A DNA stretch of 54,034 nucleotides from Candidatus Aenigmatarchaeota archaeon. Its GTDB lineage: Archaea; Aenigmatarchaeota; Aenigmatarchaeia; QMZP01; QMZT01. The stretch is from assembly GCA_041489155.1 (NCBI GenBank), contig JBGPQP010000008.1, positions 1 to 54,034 of the forward strand, given 5' to 3'. The notes under the pieces were generated by a model. That model did no database searches and was not told the DNA's origin. It saw only the letters and a list, made by a program, of their open reading frames with translations. Below are positions 45,918-54,034 of this stretch, one piece after another; the stretch's first letter is position 1; each line of letters opens with the position of its first letter. Position numbers and translations under genes: made by a program.

Positions 45918-48070
45918 AGAAAAAAATCATCATCTGGAGTTTGACCTTGCTGACGCTTTTCTTATTTCTCATTATAGTGCTTCCTAAACAGGGAGAGAGT
46001 TCGAAATCATGCTTCGTCGGTTACAGCGAGTACGCCATTGTTAATTACGACATGCGGGTTAGCGAAACGCAATACAAGAATTTCCTCGACCAGCTTGCGA
46101 CTTACGATCTTAATTTCGTTAACATATGGTCCATGGGTTACTGCAACTGGGAATATAATGGGCAGGAAGGCAATGGACCGCCGAGGAGCTGCCCCGGCTT
46201 CATCGAACTCATGCCCTATAAGAGAAGCGGCTCCGGCGGCAAATATAACCTTACCGATTTCGATCCCGCTTTCTTTACCAGGCTCAAGAATTTCATATCA
46301 TACGCCGCAAGCAAAGGCATCGTCGTGGAAATCACGCTTTTCGACAGCTGGGGTCTGAAACACACGGGTGAGTGGTCGTGGCACCCATGGGACTGCAATT
46401 ATAATGTAAACGGAAGAATTTGCGGATATGACTGCGGTTCATTCTTTGATTTGACAGACTCCGTGCTGATAGATATCCAGAAGAAATATACACAGAAGGT
46501 CGTTTACGAAACCAAGAGCTACAACAACGTTATATATGAAATAATGAACGAGCCGCTTCTTTGCGGCCCTTCTGAAAGCCAGGCCAAAGAATGGCACAAA
46601 AAGGTGGCAGAATGGATAAGGGAAGCGAAACCTGACGCCCAGATAGTCATAAATGACGACAACAAAATAATTTCCTATTTTTCCAATTATAATTTAATTT
46701 CGCCTCATTACGGCTCCTGGGGTGATGGCAGCAGTAATACATGGATTCCATCGCTCATAACGAGCCTAAGCTCCTATGGGAAACATATAATTATTGATGA
46801 TGATGGTTGCATCTGGGCGAATCTCAGAAAGAGCCCGTCAAACCAGCAGGCATGGTCTACGACAGCAATAAACAACGGAGCTTCGTATACGCACCTGCAG
46901 GATGACCTTTACTGCGATTATTTCATAATAGACACAAACGTTCTTAACGCCCTCAAGGTGGTGGCGCAGGAATGCACGTCCTTCCCCTTCACGCCACCCA
47001 GTGGCTGCACCGACGGCACTTCGAACGGCCAGTGCTCATCCACCAAGCCGAAATACTGCAGCAGCGGCAGCCTGATAAATAAGTGCAGTTTTTGCGGCTG
47101 CCCTGCAGGCAACACCTGCCAGGCAGATGGAAGCTGCAGCAGTGGCGGAACGGGCGGCATCAAAATCCACCAAACCTGGGCCTGCGGCAGCGGCTTCCCC
47201 GCATGCACCACGCAGAGCCTTGGCATCTGCTCACCGCAGCCTTACCTCTCCATGGACAACAACCAGTACACTTTAAACTTCAACGCCCCGAAGGCCGCCG
47301 CTTACAAATGCACGATAACCGCCGTAGCGAACCATTTCGACTACCCTGCCGGAGGTCCGCAAGAGACAAACGAAGTCACTGAAATCGCGCTAAACGACAA
47401 GGCGGTCGGAAGGACGCTTGACACGGCCTGCCCGCCGGGCGGGGTCTCAGAACCTCCGCCTGATCCCTGCGGCCAGTATGGCGATGTTTATGCGTGCAAC
47501 TCCGTTTCCGGTTGCGACTGGAGGTACGGAGCCCCAGGCTGCGGCACGGCAGAAAACTGCCAGGAACTTAACAACGAGTGGCACTGCGACCTGCGCGTAT
47601 GCTACTGGACCGGCAGCGGCACAATTCCCTGCAAGGGTTTGAAGGCCGAAGGCACCGCTTGGCAGAACCCGCAAACCTGTTCGCAGTGGGACGGTAATCA
47701 AGCTGTCTGTAACGACTACACGCAACACAAAGGGCTTGTATGCTGTTACAACGCCCAGTCCAGCAAATGCCTTGTTGACCCCTGTCCGACATGGTACAAG
47801 ACAAGGGTTGAAAACGGATACAATGAGTGGACAACAAACCGCGGACTTAGCCCCACCCAAGCTGAGGATGTGTTAGAAAAACACTGCGAAGGTGTGAATT
47901 CCGGATATAACGATGACTATTATGTGTTGCAACCTCCCGGTTTATGCCAGTGGGACTCGGACTGGGACAATGGCAACTTCGAATTCCCGTGCGCCTGCGC
48001 AAGCAATTTCGAGAACACGGGAAGGACCGACTATTTGCACGGCACAAGGAGCGGTGGCTCAGGTAACTAG
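45914..48070 (+). CDS. Secreted/anchored clan GH-A-like glycoside hydrolase with Cys-rich C-terminal modules
   Basis: N-terminal TM/signal; KYNLTDFDPAFFTRLKNFI..A...GIVVEITLFD, NVIYEIMNEP; Cys-rich tail; frame continues past the TAG to 48211. Confidence 0.75.
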   Translation: MKKKIIIWSLTLLTLFLFLIIVLPKQGESSKSCFVGYSEYAIVNYDMRVSETQYKNFLDQLATYDLNFVNIWSMGYCNWEYNGQEGNGPPRSCPGFIELMPYKRSGSGGKYNLTDFDPAFFTRLKNFISYAASKGIVVEITLFDSWGLKHTGEWSWHPWDCNYNVNGRICGYDCGSFFDLTDSVLIDIQKKYTQKVVYETKSYNNVIYEIMNEPLLCGPSESQAKEWHKKVAEWIREAKPDAQIVINDDNKIISYFSNYNLISPHYGSWGDGSSNTWIPSLITSLSSYGKHIIIDDDGCIWANLRKSPSNQQAWSTTAINNGASYTHLQDDLYCDYFIIDTNVLNALKVVAQECTSFPFTPPSGCTDGTSNGQCSSTKPKYCSSGSLINKCSFCGCPAGNTCQADGSCSSGGTGGIKIHQTWACGSGFPACTTQSLGICSPQPYLSMDNNQYTLNFNAPKAAAYKCTITAVANHFDYPAGGPQETNEVTEIALNDKAVGRTLDTACPPGGVSEPPPDPCGQYGDVYACNSVSGCDWRYGAPGCGTAENCQELNNEWHCDLRVCYWTGSGTIPCKGLKAEGTAWQNPQTCSQWDGNQAVCNDYTQHKGLVCCYNAQSSKCLVDPCPTWYKTRVENGYNEWTTNRGLSPTQAEDVLEKHCEGVNSGYNDDYYVLQPPGLCQWDSDWDNGNFEFPCACASNFENTGRTDYLHGTRSGGSGN

Positions 48071-48248
48071 CCGCCATCAACACCTGATCTAACGGGATCC
48101 AGCAGTTCTTGTACGGTTGACTTTGACTGTATCTTCGTGGCAAAATCAACAGACCCCGAAGGAAACCAGATAAGGTACAAGTTCGAAAATTGCGAATGCG
48201 AATACTACTAAAATGGCTGGCTATTAATTTTCCTTTGTTGTGCAGTCC

Positions 48249-49067
48249 CTACACAACCTTTAGCGAAGAAAGGTCCACGTCGAAGCCGTTCACTATAACC
48301 CTGCCTTCATGAATGTATTGTAGACCTTCCACTTCTTTCATTAAAGCCTCAGAGGAAAACTTCTCGTTTCCGCCGTCGCCTATGACCATCACCACGAACG
48401 GCTTCTCCTTTGTTATCAGTTTGCCGAAGCCATGGTCGTCGCCAAGCGCTATCTTTGCCGCTATGCCCGCTTCATTTACTGCGTCCTGTGGGTCGGCATG
48501 ATATCTCCTGCTTATTACAAACGTCGGCAAAAGGCCTCCATTCACCCCTGCCAGCTGGGGCATGATTTCTAGCTTCGAGTTGTCGAATCTGCCTGTCCCG
48601 TCGTAAACAGCCATTCTCGCTATGTGCGTGTCTTCTGGGCGCGCAAGCCTTTTAAGGTGCTTTATTTTCAATCCAAAAAACCGGGACAAAGCCGTTGAAT
48701 AAGTCTTGCCATACGAATCCGAGCCTGAAAACAATTCACGGAGCGCATACTGGAGGCTGTTGTAGGCCATTCCCGCGGCTCCGCAGTGCATGTGGCTTGT
48801 CATTCTGGATGGTACGGCTTTGTCGACGAATGCCGCAGCGTTTTTATTCGAAAGAAGAATAAGAGATCCTGCGGCGTGTATTCCTCCGGGCGTTCCCTCA
48901 TCGATGCAGCGCAAAATCTTGTCGCTTAATTCAAAGCATCCTGTCGGCAAGAGTTCACTGCCATAATTGAAATTGCCACTCCCGTGCAGGGAGTAGACAT
49001 CTCTAAAGAAGCCATCCTGAAGTCCGAAAACATACGCCTTGTCCGTTCGGCCGTATTTCAAATGCAT
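48249..49067 (-). CDS. Carbonic-anhydrase-like (Cys-x-Asp ... His-x-x-Cys) protein
   Basis: RCIDEG and SHMHCGAA motifs. Confidence 0.5.
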   Translation of the reverse strand: MHLKYGRTDKAYVFGLQDGFFRDVYSLHGSGNFNYGSELLPTGCFELSDKILRCIDEGTPGGIHAAGSLILLSNKNAAAFVDKAVPSRMTSHMHCGAAGMAYNSLQYALRELFSGSDSYGKTYSTALSRFFGLKIKHLKRLARPEDTHIARMAVYDGTGRFDNSKLEIMPQLAGVNGGLLPTFVISRRYHADPQDAVNEAGIAAKIALGDDHGFGKLITKEKPFVVMVIGDGGNEKFSSEALMKEVEGLQYIHEGRVIVNGFDVDLSSLKVV

Positions 49068-49138
49068 AATTCACCTGAGAACATTTCTTGTTAATTAAGT
49101 AATTTAAAATTATATGTTTCAAAGAACTGCCGTTAGAC

Positions 49139-50380
49139 TCAGTAAACAGGAAAATCCCTGCAAAGCTCGCGGACCTCTTCCCTCACGTTCTTCAGCGTCG
49201 TCTCGTCCCTGAAGCCGTCGATCGCCCTGGACATTAGTTCCGCGACCGTCTTCATCTCGCTCTCCTTCATGCCGCGGGTCGTGATGGTCGGTGTGCCCAG
49301 GCGGATGCCGCTCGGGTCGAACGGAGAGCGCGGGTCGTATGGGATCATGTTCTTGTTGACGGTTATACCGGCCTTGTCCAGTGCCGTTTCCGCCTCTTTG
49401 CCAGTGACGTTCTTGTTGCGCAGATCGACGAGAATCAGGTGGTTGTCCGTCCCTCCAGAAATGAGCGTGAAGCCTTCTGCCATGAGTGTATCGGCAAGCG
49501 CCTTCGCGTTCTTCACTATCTGCTTCGCGTATTCCTTGAAGTCCGGCTTCATTGCCTCCCTGAAAGCGACCGCTTTAGCCGCGATGATGTGCTCGTGCGG
49601 CCCGCCCTGCAGGCCGGGAAAAACCGCCTTGTCTATCGCCTCGGCGAAGCGGGTCTTGCACATGATTATCGCCCCGCGCGGGCCGCGCAGCGTCTTGTGC
49701 GTCGTAGTCGTGACCACGTCGGTGAACGGGAACGGCGAGGGATGGACTCCGCCGACGACCAAGCCTGCGATGTGGGCGATGTCCGACATGGATACCGCTC
49801 CCACCTCTTCGGCGATTTCCGCGAAGGCCTTGAAATCGAATTTCCTGGGATAGGCCGTCGCGCCCGAGACGATTATCTTGGGCTTCTCCTGCCGCGCTAT
49901 TTTCCCGACCTCATCATAATCTATAAGATGCGTCTTGGGGTCGACGCCGTACTGGACAACGTGATAAGCCCTTCCTGAAAAATTGACCTTGTGGCCATGC
50001 GTAAGGTGGCCGCCCTGCGCCAGGTTCATGCCCATGAAGGTGTCGCCGAAATTCAGCAGGGCAAAGTAGACGGCGATGTTGGCCGGCGAGCCGGAATAGG
50101 GCTGGACGTTAACGTGTTCGCAGCCGAAGAGCTTCTTCGCGCGCTCGATGGCGAGACGCTCGACCTTGTCGATGAACTCGTTGCCGCCGTAATAGCGTTT
50201 TCCGGGGTAGCCTTCGGCGTACTTGTTGTTGAAGATTGAGCCCATCGTCTTCAGCACGACCTTGCTGGGGAAGTTCTCGGAAGGTATGAGTTCAAGACCC
50301 TCGTTTATCCTTCTCGTCTCATCCTGCTCGAGACCGAAAAGCTCGGGATCAACGTCCTTAAGCGCCTCGTCCTTCCACAT
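49139..50380 (-). CDS. glyA: Serine hydroxymethyltransferase (bacterial type)
   Basis: [55 protein letters not shown]. Confidence 0.97.
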   Translation of the reverse strand: MWKDEALKDVDPELFGLEQDETRRINEGLELIPSENFPSKVVLKTMGSIFNNKYAEGYPGKRYYGGNEFIDKVERLAIERAKKLFGCEHVNVQPYSGSPANIAVYFALLNFGDTFMGMNLAQGGHLTHGHKVNFSGRAYHVVQYGVDPKTHLIDYDEVGKIARQEKPKIIVSGATAYPRKFDFKAFAEIAEEVGAVSMSDIAHIAGLVVGGVHPSPFPFTDVVTTTTHKTLRGPRGAIIMCKTRFAEAIDKAVFPGLQGGPHEHIIAAKAVAFREAMKPDFKEYAKQIVKNAKALADTLMAEGFTLISGGTDNHLILVDLRNKNVTGKEAETALDKAGITVNKNMIPYDPRSPFDPSGIRLGTPTITTRGMKESEMKTVAELMSRAIDGFRDETTLKNVREEVRELCRDFPVY

Positions 50381-50543
50381 GGAAATCCCTCCCTGCCGGC
50401 ATCAAAATATGCAACAAGCCAGATTAAATAATTGAAACGCGTGTTAAATAGCTTGCTTTTTAAGGCCCCTTTTAAAGCTTTGCCTCCCCGACCGAAAAGC
50501 ATTTTAATACTGCCACGATGTCCTATCTATCCGGGGCGTCTTT

Positions 50544-51200
50544 ATGGCGGGGCTGGAATTCGAGGGTTTGACGGCGGAAACTTTCGGCAAGTTCCGGGAG
50601 CAGATGCTGCATTCTGAAGAGGCGTATCCGGAACCGATAAGATCGACCACCGACGACTTCATCGACATGCTGAAACAAGAAAAAACCATCGCCCTTGTCG
50701 CTCTTCTGGACTCGCAGTATATAGGTAATATCATAGGCTGCGAGCTATGCGGAGAGGATCTGGCAGAATGTGACCCGCATATTATCCCTGGCAAGAAAAC
50801 GATATACATTTACAACTTCGTGATAGAAAGGGAATACCAGCACAAGGGTTACGCGAAGGTTATGTTTAACGAATTCATCGGCAAGGCCAGGAGCATGGGC
50901 TTCGAGATGATCGCAGGGCACTTCAGGAACAACTGCTCCCTGCCCGTTTTCAAGAAGTTCGGCGGCGTCGAGAAGTCGGTTTTCACGAACTGGGAAAACA
51001 CCGGCGAGGACTACATACTTTGCGAGCTTGACATCGCGATTAAAGTGCCTGTCGAGTCGCCTGTCCAGCAGGAACCGGCAGCACCAGCAATAGCTCCTGT
51101 GCTTCCTGTGCCAGCAGTTGAACCTTCCCTGCACATCGAGCCGCAGGATATGATGCCGCCTGAGATGGATCACGAGTTGCACAGCCTGCCTTCTGTCTGA
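50544..51200 (+). CDS. GNAT family acetyltransferase with Pro-rich tail
   Basis: IYIYNFVIEREYQHKGYA motif A; N..SL.VFKKFG. Confidence 0.8.
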   Translation: MAGLEFEGLTAETFGKFREQMLHSEEAYPEPIRSTTDDFIDMLKQEKTIALVALLDSQYIGNIIGCELCGEDLAECDPHIIPGKKTIYIYNFVIEREYQHKGYAKVMFNEFIGKARSMGFEMIAGHFRNNCSLPVFKKFGGVEKSVFTNWENTGEDYILCELDIAIKVPVESPVQQEPAAPAIAPVLPVPAVEPSLHIEPQDMMPPEMDHELHSLPSV

Positions 51201-51239
51201 TTAATTTTTCAAAACTGCTCAAAGCTTTGTGCTAGGTTT

Positions 51240-52754
51240 CTATCTGGAAGGTCCTTCCTCCGGGTCGATCTGCATGTACTTCGCGAGCAGCGGATGCACG
51301 CGCTTCACTTCGTTGTAAACGTCCCAGGCGATTTTGCGATAGGCGATGTGACCTTCTTTTGACGAGCGGAGTTTCACGAAGTGATACAGCTCGCGCAGGT
51401 TCCAGGTGAAAAGCGTGCGCTTTCGGTAGGCGAGGGGAATGACATACTGCGCCTCCTTCGGGAAGGTGGCGGTGATTTTCTCAAACGCCGTCGCTGCGAG
51501 TTCCATCGCGTGCCTGAATTCTTTCTCATAGCCTATTTCGGCGATCTCCTTCGGGACGTCATAGCCATTCGTCGTCGTCAGCGCTTGGTTGGTTTGCGTG
51601 CATATCCTCTGGCGCTGTATGTCTCTGAAGACGCCGTAATCGCACAGGATGTCAAATGTGTAGTAAACGTGCTCCAGCTCGCGCATGGGAGGATCGTGTC
51701 TGCCCATCCTCCTCATGTAATCTTCGAAAATTCTTTGCCTCTCCTCATCTTCCATGCGCCTGACTTTTTCGATTATGGAGGCATAAGGCTCGTGCGTGTA
51801 GCGGTAGATTATCGAGGCCAGGATTTTGTTCTCAGCGTCCCTGTCGTATTCGACCAGATGGACGTTCTGGCCTTCCTTTCTCCCTGTATTGATGCCCCTG
51901 AAATCGCTGAGCAGCGCTTCCATCGACCTGTTGGTTTCGGCGATGTAGAGATTGTGGTCTGCGTATTTGACAAGAGTCGGGATTATCTTGATAACTTCCT
52001 GCTTCATTCCAGTCCCGATGTCATGCATCTCGTCCAACGGGTCCGAGAGCAGCTTGGTAAGCATGCGCTCGAGCGAGCGGGCGTTGATAGTTATGGCAAG
52101 GTTGGTCAGCGTCGACGCGGGCAGGATGTGCCTGGCGACATCGCAGGCCCTCGCTTTGGTCACCGCCTCGTATGCGGCGTCGGTCATGCCGCTCTCCTTG
52201 GGAAAATGCCCTTTCATGTGCTTCAGAAGCTTCGGCATGACCTCGAGGTAAAGCGTGAAAAGATGGTCGCACGCTTTCCTGTAGTCTTCGCCGAGCTGCG
52301 AGTTCATGAGCCTGAGTGGCTTGTAATACTTGCCCTTCTCGAAAATCTGATAGCGCGTTGACTTCTCGGTGTAAGACGCGAGCCTCGAATCCTCTATGGT
52401 CTTAGTCGCAAGGATGGAAACGTTTTCGACTGCGATGCTGGCGATGGCATGCTCAGCAACGGACGAATGGCCGTAGCCGACGACCCACTGCTCGTGGAAC
52501 TTGCGCGCCTTCTCCTTCGCCTCTTTGTAATCGACGCCCTTCTCGCAGTAGAGCCTCACGACCTCGCCCATGTCTATGTCCTTGCTCTTTATCAGCTTCA
52601 GCAGGTTCTCGCGGAAGCTCGCCGGGCTGCGCGACACGTATGCGAAAAGCACGGCGACGACCTCGGGCGGGAGGTTGTATATTACATAAATGTCTTTGTC
52701 TATGCTTGTTATGTGATTGTTCAGAATCGCTTCGTCTTCCTTTGAAAACCCCAT
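51240..52754 (-). CDS. thyX: Tandem-domain FAD-dependent thymidylate synthase ThyX
   Basis: GYGHSSVAEH, SYTEKSTRYQ, DVARHILP, NARSL; second domain RELEH, FRDIQRQR, AQYVIPL, NLRELYHFVKLRS. Confidence 0.9.
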   Translation of the reverse strand: MGFSKEDEAILNNHITSIDKDIYVIYNLPPEVVAVLFAYVSRSPASFRENLLKLIKSKDIDMGEVVRLYCEKGVDYKEAKEKARKFHEQWVVGYGHSSVAEHAIASIAVENVSILATKTIEDSRLASYTEKSTRYQIFEKGKYYKPLRLMNSQLGEDYRKACDHLFTLYLEVMPKLLKHMKGHFPKESGMTDAAYEAVTKARACDVARHILPASTLTNLAITINARSLERMLTKLLSDPLDEMHDIGTGMKQEVIKIIPTLVKYADHNLYIAETNRSMEALLSDFRGINTGRKEGQNVHLVEYDRDAENKILASIIYRYTHEPYASIIEKVRRMEDEERQRIFEDYMRRMGRHDPPMRELEHVYYTFDILCDYGVFRDIQRQRICTQTNQALTTTNGYDVPKEIAEIGYEKEFRHAMELAATAFEKITATFPKEAQYVIPLAYRKRTLFTWNLRELYHFVKLRSSKEGHIAYRKIAWDVYNEVKRVHPLLAKYMQIDPEEGPSR

Positions 52755-52873
52755 GCCAAACCCCGATGAAAAGATTAGCCGTCCAAATTTTATAAGCGTT
52801 TTTGTTAAACATGATTGTGATTTTTATCACTACTCTTTCTTGGTAAAAATTTAAAAAACTAACTTTCATAGAT

Positions 52874-53509
52874 ATGAATATGAAATTTTTAATCACACCC
52901 AGAAAGCATACGTCATTCGAGCCCATTACTCCAATGGAAAGCGATGCACTTAAAGAAGCTATCAACCGCCTTGGGGAATTCGTTGAAGGAGCCAACATGG
53001 ATATATATCTTGTTGGAGGAATAGCCGTTGCCTTGGCAAACGGCGGATTTCGCAGGAATCATAGAGATATTGATTTAGCCATATTTGACACGGATTTGAA
53101 CGACTTTCACCGGCATGCCGTTTCAAGGGGATATTATTTTACGAAAAAAATGGGTTATACGCACATATCCCACCGGCATGATTTGAACATCAATTCAAGA
53201 ATCACACCCGAAGAAATGATGGATGAAGGTTACTGCAAGGTTCTGCTAAGAAAGCCGGCAATAGTGCAAAATGTAAGGAAAAAAATGGACTGTTTTGATT
53301 TGTTTTTAATGAGACATGCAGGAGAGTCGATTTATTTTATCGATCAAAAAAAAACTATACCCCATGATGAATTTTTCCCAGCTAAAAGTTACCCTTTGGA
53401 AAATGGCACAGAGCTGCTAATCCCTAATTTGAAATACAGACCACGCCTTTGGACTCCGAATTCAAAGGCTGGGGATGAGGTGTATATTGCCCAGACAAGA
53501 AGCATTTAA
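52874..53509 (+). CDS. Pol-beta superfamily nucleotidyltransferase (aminoglycoside/lincosamide NTase-like)
   Basis: YLVGGIAV...RRNHRDIDLAI motif and a later FDLF. Confidence 0.7.
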   Translation: MNMKFLITPRKHTSFEPITPMESDALKEAINRLGEFVEGANMDIYLVGGIAVALANGGFRRNHRDIDLAIFDTDLNDFHRHAVSRGYYFTKKMGYTHISHRHDLNINSRITPEEMMDEGYCKVLLRKPAIVQNVRKKMDCFDLFLMRHAGESIYFIDQKKTIPHDEFFPAKSYPLENGTELLIPNLKYRPRLWTPNSKAGDEVYIAQTRSI

Positions 53510-53542
53510 ACCACCGTTTTCATAATTTTTCATTGTGATTCC

Positions 53543-54034
53543 ATGGATTCTTACGAAGTCATAATAATCGGGCTCGGTCCTGCAGGCTGCACCGCGGGTA
53601 TATATGCCACGCGCTTCGGGCTGAAGACTCTTGTTATCGGGAAGGAGCCGGGCGGGCAGGCCAACGAGGCGTATGAAGTCGACAACTATCCCGGCTTTCT
53701 CAGGATGAAGGGCATGGAAATAATGAACAGGTTCCGCGAGCAGACCGAAGAGCTCGGGGCAAAAATTCTTTACACCGAGGCCGTTGACATAAAGAAAAGG
53801 AGAGATGTTTTTATTGTCAAAACGGAAAGCGGAGAATACGAGGGAAAGTCGTTAATAATCGCAACCGGCGCCAAGAAGCGCAGGCTCGACATTCAGGGCG
53901 AGAACGAGCTGCGCGGCCGCGGCGTCTCGTACTGCGCGACATGCGACGCGCCGTTCTACAGGAACAAGACAGTCGTCGTCATCGGCGGCGGCAGTGCGGC
54001 GGTCATGTCAGCTCTCATGCTAACCGAGTACACG
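53543..54034 (+). CDS. trxB: Thioredoxin reductase, 3'-truncated by the window edge
   Basis: Hand translation: [46 protein letters not shown]. Confidence 0.93.
   Translation, partial: MDSYEVIIIGLGPAGCTAGIYATRFGLKTLVIGKEPGGQANEAYEVDNYPGFLRMKGMEIMNRFREQTEELGAKILYTEAVDIKKRRDVFIVKTESGEYEGKSLIIATGAKKRRLDIQGENELRGRGVSYCATCDAPFYRNKTVVVIGGGSAAVMSALMLTEYT

Noticed and set aside
1830..48070. Genome-wide reassignment of TAA/TAG to Gln, suggested by two in-frame stops
   Set aside because: Conserved genes end normally at TAA or TAG (ftsZ, pcm, corA, moxR). The two KSEY paralogs end at the same residue, one with TAG and one with TGA, so TAG is a real stop.

Overview
Archaeal chromosomal segment, shown by RNase P proteins Pop5 and Rpp30, ribosomal protein eS6, archaeal PPAT, A-type ATPase c subunit, archaeal FtsZ and GGAGG/GGTGA RBS motifs. 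The Cys-rich surface-protein repertoire and bacterial-type GlyA/PanK suggest a DPANN lineage such as Aenigmarchaeota (inference only). Bases 1-15 kb are a surface-protein island centred on a ~3470-aa secreted Cys-rich/Ig-like protein. Its repeated modules share a variable loop, and two of these loops carry whole inserted domains (a jelly-roll/CBM-like domain and a DUF3494 ice-binding-like domain). The middle holds housekeeping and cofactor genes (pcm, stand-alone atpK, rps6e, ThiF-thiI-nadM, two PPAT paralogs, ftsZ, corA, type II PanK, NDK-like, OPT). It also holds two signal-peptide-less PQQ-type beta-propeller paralogs that flank an MFS gene and end in a conserved (KSEYxx)4 tail. The right side has a MoxR/DUF58 membrane operon, a secreted glycoside-hydrolase-like gene, glyA, a tandem-domain thyX and a truncated trxB. 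Three accessory genes are interrupted by a single lesion each (in-frame TAA at 1830, +1 frameshift near 34491, in-frame TAG at 48068). I recognised no rRNA, tRNA, CRISPR array or transposase. All family calls come from motif recognition by eye; no searches were run.
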